Below, piece by piece: positions 13,791-26,373 of a DNA stretch of 64,000 bases. A program made the translations under genes and the position numbers. The first letter of the stretch is position 1. The number at the start of each line of letters is the position of its first letter. The notes below the pieces were generated by a model that was not told where the DNA came from, did not search any database, and saw only the letters and a program-made list of their open reading frames with translations. Source of the DNA: Hydrolagus affinis (Eukaryota); NCBI GenBank assembly GCA_012026655.1, contig JAAILG010001545.1, positions 1 to 64,000 on the forward strand, given 5' to 3'.

Positions 13791-14714
13791 TAAAACTCTT
13801 GAGGTCATCAATTGTGTGTGTTTAAAAAAAAACACCGGAAGTGTTCCCTGCTTCTAACTAACAAGCTTGTTTATGATGAAGAGACCTGTGTTGTGGATGC
13901 AGCTGGCTGAATGCCCCACACTGTGGATTGTTAGTGACATCATTGGCCACCAGCATCCTGTGGTCGCCACAAGCCTCTGCTTCCCATTAATTTCTGCAGG
14001 AAGCCAAAGCCACTGCTCATGTTGTTTCGTAAACATTGTGGATGATGAGGGAGGAAATCATGCAAAGTTTGGAAGGACAAAATAACAAAAATGCATGTAT
14101 TGTATCAGTATAGTAATTATAATAATTGCTTTTGGATATATTGCCTGATTGAGACAGTGCTTCACAGGAATTAGTGTAAAATATAGTGTCTGTGTATTTT
14201 GTAAGCTAACATGGCAGCCAATTGCTCATACCAATGGCCTATAAACAGCCATGAAGTGAGTAACCTTTTTGATGTGGGGAATTCTTGGCCAAGACACGAG
14301 GAAAATAAACAATGGCCATTGCAAATTTACCTCCAATTTACCCCTTGAAAAAAGAAAAAAACCATTCAGTCTGTTTTAATGAAACCTCTTTAAGTTGAAA
14401 GAACTTAAATGTTTATAGCTCTTTGTGGCGTAACATCTCAAAGTACCTAACAGTTAATCACTGGACATATCGCAACTATGTTTTGTTGGTGAATGTAGCA
14501 CCCATTTGCATCAGGTTATGAGGTGGAATGACTAGAGGATTATTAGTCAATCCACTGGGGGAAATATTTTCATAGTCTCTTTAATGTCTGCTTGAGCAGG
14601 TGATGTCTACCTGAGGCGAGGGCTGTTATCGTTGAATTCCTGAGTTATAAACTTCTATTAAATTGGTTGTGGAGGATTTCATTGATAGACTTCCTCCATT
14701 ACAGAGAAAGGATT

Positions 14715-14863
14715 GACTGTTTGTGGGCTCCTGCTGTGCGCAGTTGGCTGCCGCATTTCACCCATTAATATATCGTCAATTCACTTTACAGTATAATCTG
14801 TGAAGTGCTTTGAGACGTCTAGAAGATATGAAAAGCGCTATATCAAAACACAAGGATTATTAT
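14715..14863 (+). mobile_element. SINE 3' fragment (SINE2-1_CM-like)
   Basis: GACTGTTTGTGGG, CTGTGCGCAGTTGGCTGCCGC, AAAAGCGCTATATCAAA and GGATTATTATT in the family order. Confidence 0.9.
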
Positions 14864-16084
14864 TCATCTTGGTAAACTCGTCTGCTTTCTCCTCCCCAAA
14901 CCCCTGAGCTGAAACAGCTTTCTCTACTTGGTGTTCAACGCCCCAGATCTCAAGAGAAGTTCAGATAAAGGTGGACTTTCAGTTTATTTTGATTTATTTC
15001 TCCAGAATACCTGTCCTATCATCCTCCCTTTACAGCATCAAGCTGTTTCTTCAATGAACTCTTGTGACCTGGCTTCAACCAATAGCTGGTGTAAGCTATT
15101 ACAGCTGTAGATTACCCTCCTTGTAAAGAAGTGTTAAGAGTACCTGATTCACCAGCGATGCTCAGAAGTGCCTGTATATTGGGGTCAATGTAAACAGGTG
15201 TATGTGAGAGACCATCAGAGGTACTGTTATCATCCAGATCCTGCTGGAAGACCAGCTCCTGACTGCTTGATTTGAAGAGAGTTGCAGTTGTCCTCTGATG
15301 AACGGAGAGTGCACCGTCATTGCTAATGGCTTGATTTGGAGGTGATGACATGACATTCCTGAGGACAGAATTGCTCCTTTTCTTCTCTGAACAGGGCTGC
15401 CTTTTAGAGCTTCACTCACTGAGGAGAATGAACTCCATGACTTCTGTATTTCATTTTCCCTCAGTGCCACATTCATGTAGAAGGGTCGAAGTTTTATCCC
15501 ACTGTTTGCATGTCCACACGTGCTTGGTGATGTAGGGGTATCATGCTTCCCATGTCCTCATCCTTGTTACCTGATCAGAGAGTGTGAGTCCCAATTGAAA
15601 GGAAGATTTGCCCGACAAAGAAAAGAACGAAACCTGATCAAAAATACAAGTTGAGAAAATTATGCTGTGAGAATCAATATTGTTCTTTGCTTTTTGGAAA
15701 ACTTATATAAATATTGTTTGATGGAACCGCCCTTTGAAAGAGACTATTCATTAGTTTGCAGGAGCACAATCCACTCAATGTACTCTTTCTCTCTGTCTCT
15801 CACTCACTCATTCACTCACTCAGACACACAGCACGCTCCCTCTTGCAAACACACATACTAGACTGGTTTCCTTCATTAGTTTTTTTTCTTTAATAAAAAC
15901 CAAGTAAAAAATATGGTATTCAATACGGCAGTTTACATAAATAATGAAGTAACTGACCTTTTAATAAGACATAAACTGTTATAGGGCATATCTAGTGCAT
16001 AGTAAATTCTGAACATTGACAGGTGACACTTTGAAGATTTTTCTTTTCTCTCCTCCCCCCACTTTTGTTTTCTGCTCAAGGTAC

Positions 16085-16388
16085 TGACTTGTGTTGGGGA
16101 ACTGGCACTGAATGCCAACAATCACTCACCTGAGAATACATTTGGCGCAGGTAACTCTTGCCAGTGAGTACCTGCAGTTTATTTGACTGTAGGCACTATC
16201 ACAGCCAAGCCTGATCCTTCCCCTCTACCCCAAATACATTTATGGATGTACACTTTCCTCCGATTGCCACTATTTTTTTCAGGAGAATTGTACAGTACCC
16301 ACTGCCATATTTTCTAAATCAGTTAACTCAATAAATTGCTCGTCCGAATGTCTCAGTTGCATCCTAACAGTCACTTTACTAACTAAGC
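16085..16388 (-). mobile_element. Decayed copy of the old SINE family of 2833-3067, with its head interrupted by the hAT MITE
   Basis: CACAGCCAAGCCTGATCC body motif near 16200. Rejoining the hAT flanks gives antisense TGGCTTAGTTAGTAA, a box A-like sequence. Confidence 0.5.
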
Positions 16389-16745
16389 CAGTGGTTCCCA
16401 ACCTTTTTTGCTGCGATCCAACTTAATCACCAACAGGTCCTCCTGACCCAATTTTTTTTGCTGCAACCCAAATTAACCTCCAATTGGTCCTCCCACCACT
16501 AGGGAGTGACATCGCAACTGAAGTGAAGCTCAGCCAAAACGTTATCTCCGTCTCTTTTTGGACTTAGTGCAACTCGTAGGTACGCTCTTTCATACAAATT
16601 GATTGGCGGTGTCGCCTCGGGCGCTTTTTTTTAGCATTAAAACAGCATTTTGAATATTAAAAAAAAATTCTGATGACCCTTTGCGACCCAACTGAGGATC
16701 CCTGCGACCCTGATTTGGGTTGGGACCCGAGGTTGGGAACCACTG
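16389..16745. mobile_element. hAT (Charlie-like) MITE, 357 bp
   Basis: Perfect 16-bp TIRs CAGTGGTTCCCAACCT / AGGTTGGGAACCACTG. Perfect 8-bp TSD AACTAAGC at 16381-16388 and 16746-16753. Repeated GCGACCC subterminal motifs. Confidence 0.95.
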
Positions 16746-18387
16746 AACTAAGCCATTTTGGGACAATCTCAATTAAGTTGTAAAGATGAGTATAACAGCA
16801 TCATCAGTTTGAGTGGAATACGACTTACACAAACCTAATCGTGATCTAAAGACTTGGAACAAACTCAGGTATCTTCATTATATAGTATTAATGTGTAAAT
16901 TGGTTTTAGTTGTTATACCATCTTGATAATTCATTGAAAGTTTTCCTTATGTGTGCCTGTGTAAGGGGTGGGGTGGCGGGGGGCGAAGATCATGAGGTAC
17001 AGTGTGATACCCTAGACTAAGGCAGCCATGAGTGAGTGCCATTCCTGACAGACTCATACTTGATCAGAGTCTTCTCTGATAGGTGATGCTCAGGTCTATA
17101 GTTAGTTGGGGAGGGAAGGATAACTAAAGTTAGATAGGGTTAAGTGCTCGCTCGGGCCCTCATAGTCTGGGAGGTGCGGGAATGCAGGGGGCTACTCAAG
17201 TTTGCAAGAGTGGTTTAGATAAAGAAGGCTCTCCAGCCTATTTGATGCCATCCTTCCACAATAACCATCCTACTGGCTTCCGCTCAAGATGAATTCAGTG
17301 TCATAGTCTCAATCACCATTCCTGGCACCCTTCCTGTTCCTATCTTTAATTACACTTTGGGTAAAGAAAAACCTCCTGAAATTGCTCTTTGCAACTCTAA
17401 ACCTATGTCCTCTTATTTTGCTGTCTTGGGAAGTCACCGAGTCAATCAATAAATCGTGTTTGTGCTGATGGGAGCGTAGACCATCTCAATCATGCAAATA
17501 GATGAGGCCGACACAGCAAGAAGAAAATGGAGAGAGGGGGAAATGGATGTATGAATTAATTGTAAGGTACATCACCTGTATTACCTGCTCAAAGCTCCTT
17601 GGAGGCAACTTTCATAACGTGGCAAGATGTTATTGTTCATGGGTCTTTTTGAGAAAGAATTGCCCTCTATGTTTGATGCATTGATTAAAAAAGTTTCAAA
17701 TGAAAGACAACTTGGTTGTTTGGCGAGATCAGTGGGAGATTTTGCAAATTCATCAGCACCCTCCCACACAGATCTGAAGACTTGACTGACAGGATCAGAA
17801 AAAGCCGTGGGTTATTACAAAGCGAGGTGACTGTGTCAGGAATGCTGCTGCTGACCTATAAAATCTGGGCAGAAGCCACATCCATGTCCTAGTTTCAGTG
17901 CTTAACGTGTTGATCCAATTAAAGAAAATCCCTCCTGGCAACAGTTTGTTTGGTAGGCCCTTAAAATACTGAGTGGAATGTTTTTCAAGGTGGCAAAGTT
18001 GCTGTGCATTAGAGTGAGAAACCTGTTTAAGCAGTGCGATGTGATTGTACATTTAAATATAAGTGAAAGAAACAAACTGATACACTGACGTGTTAGCATT
18101 ACAACAGCAGACACTTACTGCTTACATATTCAACAACAGATCTCTATATTGATAGCTCGGAGCAGACTTGTCTGAAAGAGCTGTTCACTGCAGAAACATG
18201 ATGCACATGGGTGCATAAAAATTTCAGCTGAACAGAAAGTATCTCTTTGTAATCCTAAATAGGTTATATTGGATAACAGGTGAGATTTGTTTTCATATAC
18301 CATTCAAACGCATTTGTCTCCTTTGCTTGAACAGTGAATGTCAAGCAAAATGTAATCATATGCGAATTACCTGATATTTCGATTTAA

Positions 18388-18550
18388 TAATAATCCTTGC
18401 ATTTGATACAATGCCTTAGCACATCTCGAAGACCGTCGAGAAATCTCAAAAGCACTTTACAGCATAGCTACTATTTTAGGCAAGTGTGGCGGCCAATTTG
18501 CTCACAGCAATGTCTCACAAAGAGCCATGGCGTGTTTGCCCAATTTTACC
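18388..18550 (-). mobile_element. SINE 3' fragment with L2-type tail
   Basis: AATAATAATCCTTGCATTTGATA through GGCGGCCAATTTGCTCACAGCAATGTCTCACAAA. Confidence 0.85.
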
Positions 18551-19104
18551 CGATGACTTCATCTTCCTTATTAATGCTTCCTGGTACAACTGAGTGAAAA
18601 TTACAACCAAGATTGCCACTGCAGCATACTGGCTGACAAGAGATGAATGTCTCTTGTCTTGGGACATCCTCCCAACATGAAAAGTGCTCTATAAATGTAA
18701 TTTTGTTGTTGTTGTCTGGAAGGTCAGACAGTTTCTAATAGTTCTCCAGATCAAATGGTCATACAATCTCACGGGTATTGCTGTGTACAAACTGTTCACC
18801 ACATTTGCCCACAAAATTGGTCACTACACTTGACAATAATTATCTGTAAACTGTATTGGTATTGATATTGCATGATAAAAAATATTTCTTTCTGACCCAC
18901 CCTCCCCATGAGATAATATAATTTTGCTGCTCAAAGTCTTGAACAATGAAAGCAGAATATCTACTCAGGTTGGAATAATTCAGTGCACTGTGTAGGGGAT
19001 TCTAACCCTACTTTGTGGCTGGTTAAGTTACCGGATGGTTTCTTTGAATTACAACAACAACAACAACAAAATTACACTTGAATAGCGCCTTTAACGTCAG
19101 GAGG

Positions 19105-19600
19105 AATGATACAGCACAAAAACAGACCTTTCAGCCCAATTAGTCCATGGCAAATTATACTCCATGAGAGCCACCACTCCTTCTATTGCCTCTCCCAAAC
19201 CTCTCTTCCCCCAGGCATGTATCGCGGGTCCTTAAATACAATAATGCTTTTTGCTTCAACTACAGCTTCCAGCAGCAGGTTCCAGATTCTCACCACCCTC
19301 AAAAAAGTTCCTCTTAATCTCCCTGTTAGATCTGCTACTGGCTATCTAAACAGTAAACTCCTGATAACTCGGGAAAAGGAATTGGTAACAAGTTATCTGG
19401 AGTGGTGAATTAGGCAAATGTGTAAATACTCCAAATAAAAACATCTGAGATATTGACAACATGATGACTTAAATGGCAGTGACGGGTTAAGTAAGCCAGG
19501 ATCAAGTTATCAGGAGTTCACTGTATATAATTAACGCCCTCTGGTTTTGAACTAACCAACAAGTGGAAACAACCTGTCAATATCCACCTTATCAAATCTT
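19105..19600 (-). mobile_element. CR1 LINE 3' end interrupted by a Tigger-like MITE
   Basis: ACAGCACAAAAACAGACCTTTCAGCCC is an antisense CR1 3' UTR motif. GTTCCAGATTCTCACCACCCTC is antisense RVVRIWN. CR1-like sequence resumes after 19525. Confidence 0.75.
19351..19523. mobile_element. Tigger/pogo-like MITE, 173 bp
   Basis: 19-bp TIRs CAGTAAACTCCTGATAACT / AGTTATCAGGAGTTCACTG with 1 mismatch. TA follows at 19524-19525; the left flank is AA, probably a mutated TA. Confidence 0.85.
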
Positions 19601-22600
19601 TTTGATTCATAGAATGTTTTGATGATCTTATCATTGCTGACGTCTCCTCGCCCTCTTTTCAAATCTTATCAGAACAAGATGGCAGGTTTTGAGACATGAC
19701 CTTATGCAGTTGTTTCATCCAGATCACTGTCTTTTAGAATCATCCACTGATGGCGTGGTGTCAAATTCAGCTGCAAAGCATTGGTTCTGTATTAATGGGA
19801 GTTAATAAGATGATTGCTGGTGATTACAATTTCTGATGTCTCTCTTGCCAACTGCCCTTTGAAGCCTTTTTGAGAGTAGCTTTTGTAGACGAGGAGTGAT
19901 TTCTCCCAGTTCACAGAAGAGGTTTGGATGAAGAAGGCACTTAGACCCATTTGATGTCATCCTTGACAGAAGCGTGCATATGTGGAAAGCTCAGTCTGGT
20001 TCAGATACTCCAGCACGGTGGTGCATTTGTACAAGTGTCAGACACCCAACCAGCTTCCCCCCAAAAAAGTATCGCAGTAAAAAGCTGACATGGCAAATTA
20101 ATGAGCAACATAATCCCAAATTGGATTCTTACTTGCTAGATTTTCGCTGGCTGGACCCCACCCCTAATTTTCTGTTCTGATTGATTGATTGTTAAAATGC
20201 CAATAAAACATCAGCCCCACCCCATTCCCACAAATCAGCAGCCACTACTTGTGGTAAGCCTCAAGGTTTTCGGAATCCAAAATACTTTGAATGATTGGAA
20301 TGGGAACATGTGCCAAGTTTGTTTTGATAAAATCTTTCGAGAATAATTATCTGGGAAGAACAGTAACTGGGGGAGAAAGAGGTGCAGTATTTCTGGCTGC
20401 AGGAAATTGTTATGAAAATCTCTTGTGAAGGGACAAAGTCCATCAGGTTCTCCTATCATGGAAACGGGGTTGAATGCACTCCTTGATTCTTATTACAGTT
20501 TTCCTTCCAAAGTGGAAGGCTTTTCTGCACTGCCACATGTTGAGAGACCTAATGTAATAAATTGTTTCCTCTTAGGGGAGGGCGTAGAGCAAAGCAAGTT
20601 ACTGTGGGAGTACATTGGCAGGAATATATTGGCAGTAGGAAAAAGCCCCCCCCCACCTCTGCCTGCCCACGTTTTTTGTGGGTTGAGGTAATATCCTCTT
20701 TACTGCAGTAGGTGTTTCATTATTTTTCTTGTGTCAAGACAGCCACGTTGGTTGTTAAGGGTAGGAAAAGGCTGTGCTTTGTGCTGACTGCTTGTCAGGT
20801 GCAGTTTGTTGCTGTGGAGTGAGTGTCTCCTCTGCTGTAGCTGTTTGCTGCTCTCAGCAAAAGGTATGAGCTGGGAATTCAGTTGCTTTCTGAGATCCTG
20901 AGATAAAAAAACAGAGGCCTCTTGTGAATATGAGAGCTCTATTCTCTCGTTTTATTACTCAGGGAATTTTCTCCTGTCTTAACTGCACTGAACAAACAGT
21001 GCTGATCTCTGAGAAATGACCTTCTTTTCCTAGCTTCCTTACAGCTGTGACGGCATCTGCCCTCAGGTTTTTTTTTCAGCCGGGGAAGTGGCTGGCAGAT
21101 GAGGGGTGGGGGCAGATACCCATTAAAAAGGAAAGGGGGGAATTTGTTGAAGAGTTTTGTAGGAGGCAACGCACATAGCTGTTGGTACTGCGTGACTTCT
21201 CACAGTCCTACACATGCAGATCTGGGGACTGGAACAAGGGTGCAGTCCACAGTTTCTTGGCCATCACAAAAGGACCTCTCAATGCAGCGTGACCTTTGAG
21301 AATGAATGGGATCTTAACACCAGTCTTGCCAGTCGAGTTCTGAACGTGCATTGTGGTTTGAAAGCTAGAAACTAGCTTTTGAAGCTGTTTAGCGATCAAC
21401 AATGTATATCATTCTTACTTGTCTCATAGGAAAAATGTGTTTGATCTGTGCATCTGAAAACAGATGCTTTCAGACAGACGTACATCTTTCAAAAGCCCAA
21501 TAGTTTTAATCGCAGAAAGTGTAAGACAGTGCAAACTTAGCATTAACCTTTTAAAATTCTCAGGTTCTATTTATTTATAGTCCTTCATTTAGTTGCAGGT
21601 GCACAACACATCAGTGTGTACCTGAGAAGACAGTTGCAATTTGGAGCATTCCTGGGATGTATACTATCTTTGAAGTTATTTAAATACCACAAGGTTAGCT
21701 TACCCGAAGCTTGAGATTCCACTAGTCATAATTAGGTGGTAAAAACATTTTGAGATTACTCAGAAAATTCTTAAATTCAGTCTTACTTTGATAGGACAAT
21801 GGAAAACTGGTTTCCAAATTAAGAACATTTCCACAATTGCACACCATTTTTAATTTGAAGATGAAATGTCATCCTTCAGTTGCAGTATTGCCTCCTTAAC
21901 CTTGATAATCTTAACAGCCCCCAAATTCACAACACTTCTCAGAGCTCCAGATAAAAAGAGCTAGAAAATGGGACATTTCGTCAGAAGTATATGTGTTGTG
22001 TGTGGGGGAAGAATCAATAATGACTTGTATTGCAAGGGTTAATGAGGCAAAATTTTGAATGTACAGCTCCTTGTAATAGGCCACACATTCCCATTGCAGA
22101 CTGGGTGATATGTATCAATGTACAGAGAGAGGTAAAGAGCTTCTGGCTGATCTCATTTTCAAATATCATCTATCCGGTCCCCTATCTAACTTTCCCTTGA
22201 AACTGCCCACACTATTTATTGGCCTCTGTCTGTCTCTCTCTCCTCTTAACTACAAATGCAAATACATCATGCCTCTCACTCCCAAAACACCACAGGAGGC
22301 GTTCCTAACACACCTCAGAGCTGCCCACACTGTTCCTGATAAAAAACAGATACTATCTTCCCAGGAAAACTGTTCTACATGCTAACCACCCACTTACTGA
22401 AGTTATTTACTGAGATGTCAACTACCTATTCTTTGACACCAAGAACCCTTATTATGACCCTCTTGATCATACTGGAGGCATTGGGAGTTCAGTTTGTCTA
22501 TCTGCTTTTAAGATCTAGAAGATTTTAATAGGATCAATGTGGAACTACTTTTTGAATGATAGCTCACAGATCTGCCCGCTGGAACATGTTGTGTTGAGAA

Positions 22601-23794
22601 GATTCTCTGAACATTTAATGAGTGACCAAGGCAAACCCTTCTTCGTCACCGCGGAGTCATTTCTGTAGGGTTTCAGATGAATTCTATTTCAATGAATGTA
22701 GACAGTTATGTGACAAATACAATGAAGCTTAAAAGCTCTTTTTGAAACCATTGTAAAGAGATTCTTGGATTTGTTACAGTACACTTGGCTGCTCTTGATG
22801 TGGAGAAATATCAGTCTTGAGATGGACACCCACCCACACAAGAAACATAATTGTAGAAATGCTGCACTTATATAAAGTATCAATGGTATCACAAACACAT
22901 TAAAGAACCCAAGGGATAGAGAGCGAGATTCAATTGTTTGAAGGAAAAGTGCAGTTTGGATTTTACGTTTTATTGAAATGTAAGGATGGATTTGAAACGT
23001 TTCGTAATGCATTTAATATGATAATTAGCATATCAAACTCAAAAATGAACAGGAATAAAAATATTCCTGTCAAGTGCTTTCAGATATCCCCCTGACATGA
23101 AAGGCTTTATCAAATGTAAGGATTATTATTTTGAAATGCAGCAAACCTCACTGACCACAAAATACTCTTAGCTGAGTAACTCTTAGCTCACCCTCTCTTG
23201 TTAAATTTCTTTATTATTTGTCCCCAACACATAGTCACTAATCCTTACAGTATTTTCTGTGAAGCACTTCGAGCTCCCATCATAAAGGTTGCTCCAGAAA
23301 ACTCGGAACAGTTATTATTATTACTTATTGACATTTTCACAAACCTTTTTGTAGATACAGCGCAGCAACTCTGCCAAGTGTATGGGATTTAAGTAATTAT
23401 CTGTATATCCTGTTGGGCTGAAAACAAAATCCCCTAGAATATAACTTTTGGAAAGAAAAGTATGCTGGAGACTTATAGTCTGTGCTGTGATACAGCCATC
23501 TGCATGCTTCTTCCTTGTTATTTGTTTAATTTGAAGTTAAGCCTAATGTTGCCATTTGATTCAATATTGACCACCTGGTGAAATAATACAATAAGAGATG
23601 TCCGATTGCCCCCAATATTGCTGCTGCTTGTATCATATTGTAAACGAGTAATGAAAAGATTTTGTTAAAAAAAATAAACTTCGCGATAAACGTTCTATTT
23701 TAACTTTTTAAGTTAGTTGATACAAATAGGATGTTAATGGGCAACAACAGTGTCTTGGGTGTGGTTTTTGGAGTGAGAGGCATGAAGCATTTGT

Positions 23795-24003
23795 AAACAA
23801 AATGCAAAATACTTCAGCTGCTGGAAGCCTGAAGCAAAAACAGAAATTGCTGGGAACACTCAGTAGGTCAGGCAGCATCTATGGAGAAAGGAAAGTATGT
23901 CAACGTTTCGGGTCCACGCCCCTTCGTCAGAACAGGGGCACGTTGGGAGGGAGAGCCTCTAGCTTGCTAAGTGTTCCCAACAATTTCTGTTTTTGTTTGA
24001 AGC
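23795..24003. mobile_element. Penelope-like element remnant with inverted pseudo-LTR arms
   Basis: Arm CAAAAACAGAAATTGCTGGGAACACTCAGTAGG (23835-23867) is inverted at about 23963-23995 with 4 mismatches in 33. The CAGGCAGCATCTATGGAGA...AACGTTTCGGG text resembles the common chondrichthyan Penelope terminal repeat, from recall. Confidence 0.75.
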
Positions 24004-25367
24004 ATTTGTGAATCAGTTTAGAGAGAATCTTTGATGGTTCGAGCTGAATTAACATGCACAGTTGAAGTGATTCAATTACTGAATCAGTCTGGGTTTAATG
24101 ACTTTACCTGCTCATGTTAATTCACTTCCTTCACACTGCCAGACACGGCAACTCCTCCCAGCTAATTTCCAGCTAATGTTATCACCTCTCACTACTTGGA
24201 AGTAAACTTTTTCAGAAAATCATTGGAAATAAACGAGCAATGAGGTGCTGGTGGGGGGTGAGGGGATGGGGAATGGAATGAATATTAAAGTTAACCATTA
24301 TTACTTTTTAACAGTATTTTTCTTAGTTGTTACTCAGTATCTTGTATGAAAACTGAGATCCACAGTATGGGAAACAGAAATCTACATTCATGTAATATAT
24401 TCATATCATGTTGGGATAGCATCTTAAAGTGCTTCAACCACTTGAGTGCAAACCCCATAATTGGCGGGCTGCCCCCACCTTCTGGAACTCCGTCCTATTG
24501 AAATACATCTAAATATGGGGAGAAATGACTCTTCATATTGAGTTCTACAAATACCACCCTATACAATCCTTTTGCCCATTTTTCTGTCACTCAGATAAAA
24601 TCAGATCCTTCAGACTTTAAACTGCTTCAGGTTTTATTTACAGTGCAAACCCAAATGCTAAAGCATTTACTGTCCCCTCTTTTAATTGGTTTCAGTTCTG
24701 TGATCACAATGGACGTATCTCTTTGGACACTTCTGTTGGTAATATTTTGGAAACAGGGCTTTGCCGCATTGTCTCTCACACAAATTAAACGTTATCTGAT
24801 ACCCTGGCTGGTGGGTTTTTGTCACTGATTCGAGCATCCAGTTGACAAATTTTTGCAGCTGCATAAAAAGCTTTCCCGTGGGAAATCATATCTATAGGAA
24901 AATGCTGAAAAATGGAAATGACAACCAAAAAGCCTGTGCTCTTTGCAATTTGGGGATTTGGTGAAAGCTAAGACAATAATATAGTAGATAATGAATACAT
25001 ATTTAGTGTCTGCAGATCCAATTTAAATCTCTCAAAGGATCCATGTACTGTTTTATATTTGGCTTAGAAATACGAAGTTCAGATTCTGTACAATCTATGT
25101 AAAGTCTGCGCTGTTAATAATGTTTCATGTTGTGTTTTGGCTACGGCTGCTCCTCACTGCTGCTGTGCTCCTGGTAGGGATGAATAATGGGTTTGGGGTT
25201 TGCTTCCAGCTTCACTGAGCCGGCACGCTTTTTGGTGTTAAAGGCAAGATCTTAGCCACTGTATGCTTGAAATTCCACCAAGTGTTAGTTTTCTTGTAAA
25301 TCCAGCAAACAATCCCTCAAAATAAAATTGGTCGCTCTCTCTATGGCTCTTGCTGTGCTCAAACCAA

Positions 25368-25467
25368 NNNNNNNNNNNNNNNNNNNNNNNNNNNNNNNNN
25401 NNNNNNNNNNNNNNNNNNNNNNNNNNNNNNNNNNNNNNNNNNNNNNNNNNNNNNNNNNNNNNNNNNN
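25368..25467. other. Assembly gap (100 N, true size unknown)
   Basis: Run of exactly 100 N, flanked by SINE sequence on the left and an L2 tail on the right. Confidence 1.
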
Positions 25468-25661
25468 GCCCCCTGTGCAGCGCCTTGGGACGTCCTCCCG
25501 ACGTGAAAGGCGCTCTTTAAATGTAATTTGTTGTTGTTGTTGTTGTTACTGCGTTTCGCCCACAAAATACACAGTCATTCCACTTTACGATATATCTCTT
25601 GTGAAGCACTTTGAGACATCTCAGCATGATAAGGCACTGTACCAAATGCAAGGATTATTAT
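25468..25661 (+). mobile_element. L2 3' tail followed directly by a SINE 3' fragment
   Basis: GCGCCTTGGGACGTCCTCCCGACGTGAAAGGCGCTCTTTAAATGTAATT(TGT)n, then GCGTTTCGCCCACAAA through CAAATGCAAGGATTATTA. Confidence 0.9.
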
Positions 25662-26129
25662 GATTTAGTCTTAAATTTTGGTTTGAAAGACGGTTCATTT
25701 CAAGTACTGTGGTAAACTAACTTTCAAACTTCGACTTTAATTTAAGTATTTTTCACAGTGACCTTAAACTTGAAGACTTGCAGGCTAAGACCAGGTAGAA
25801 TTTCAAGCCTTATGTTTACAGATAATAGGAAAGAAGGCAGAAAGTGAAAAAAACAAGTGATTTAATGATCAAATCTAAATCATAAAAATGCTTTATATTC
25901 CTGACTTAGCATTCTTCCCACCTCTTCAAAACCAGGTATTTTCACAAAGGACTGCTGTTGGAGGAATCAGATTGAGTTCCGCGCCTTTCTGAGCTGCATT
26001 TATTTATTTAGATTGTATCCGACCCTCCGTTTATTGAAAATTCATGTGCCTCTAAAGAAAATAGATGTGATAAGGGAGGCCAGCTGTGATTGTAACCATT
26101 GGCTGAACTGTGCTTGCCCAGAGCATTGA

Positions 26130-26373
26130 GTACAGGGTGCGCGCAAAGTCCTGTTACCTCTACACGCCTAATAATAATCCGTCCCAAAAAACCCACGATA
26201 ATAAAAATTGGTCATTTTAATCGATGACCGTTTGTGGGACACTGCTGTGCTCAATTGGCTGCCGTGTTTTGCCCACAAATGTACAGTCAATTCACTTTAC
26301 TGTATATTCTGTGAAGCGCTTTGAGACAAGATGTGAAAAACGCTATATCCAATGCAAGGATTATTATTATTAT
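26130..26373 (+). mobile_element. SINE2-1_CM-like copy, 5' truncated
   Basis: Collinear with about 54680-54912 (AATAATAATCCGTCCCAAAAAACC through AAAACGCTATATCCAATGCAAGGATTATTATT). Confidence 0.9.

Noticed and set aside
15571-15634. Minus-strand exon of about 63 nt bounded by GATCAG| and CAG|GTAACA
   Set aside because: Peptide unrecognisable, opposite strand to the stronger exon candidate, and similar splice-like pairs are frequent by chance.
25328-25663. ORFs spanning the N run
   Set aside because: Artefacts of translating through the assembly gap.
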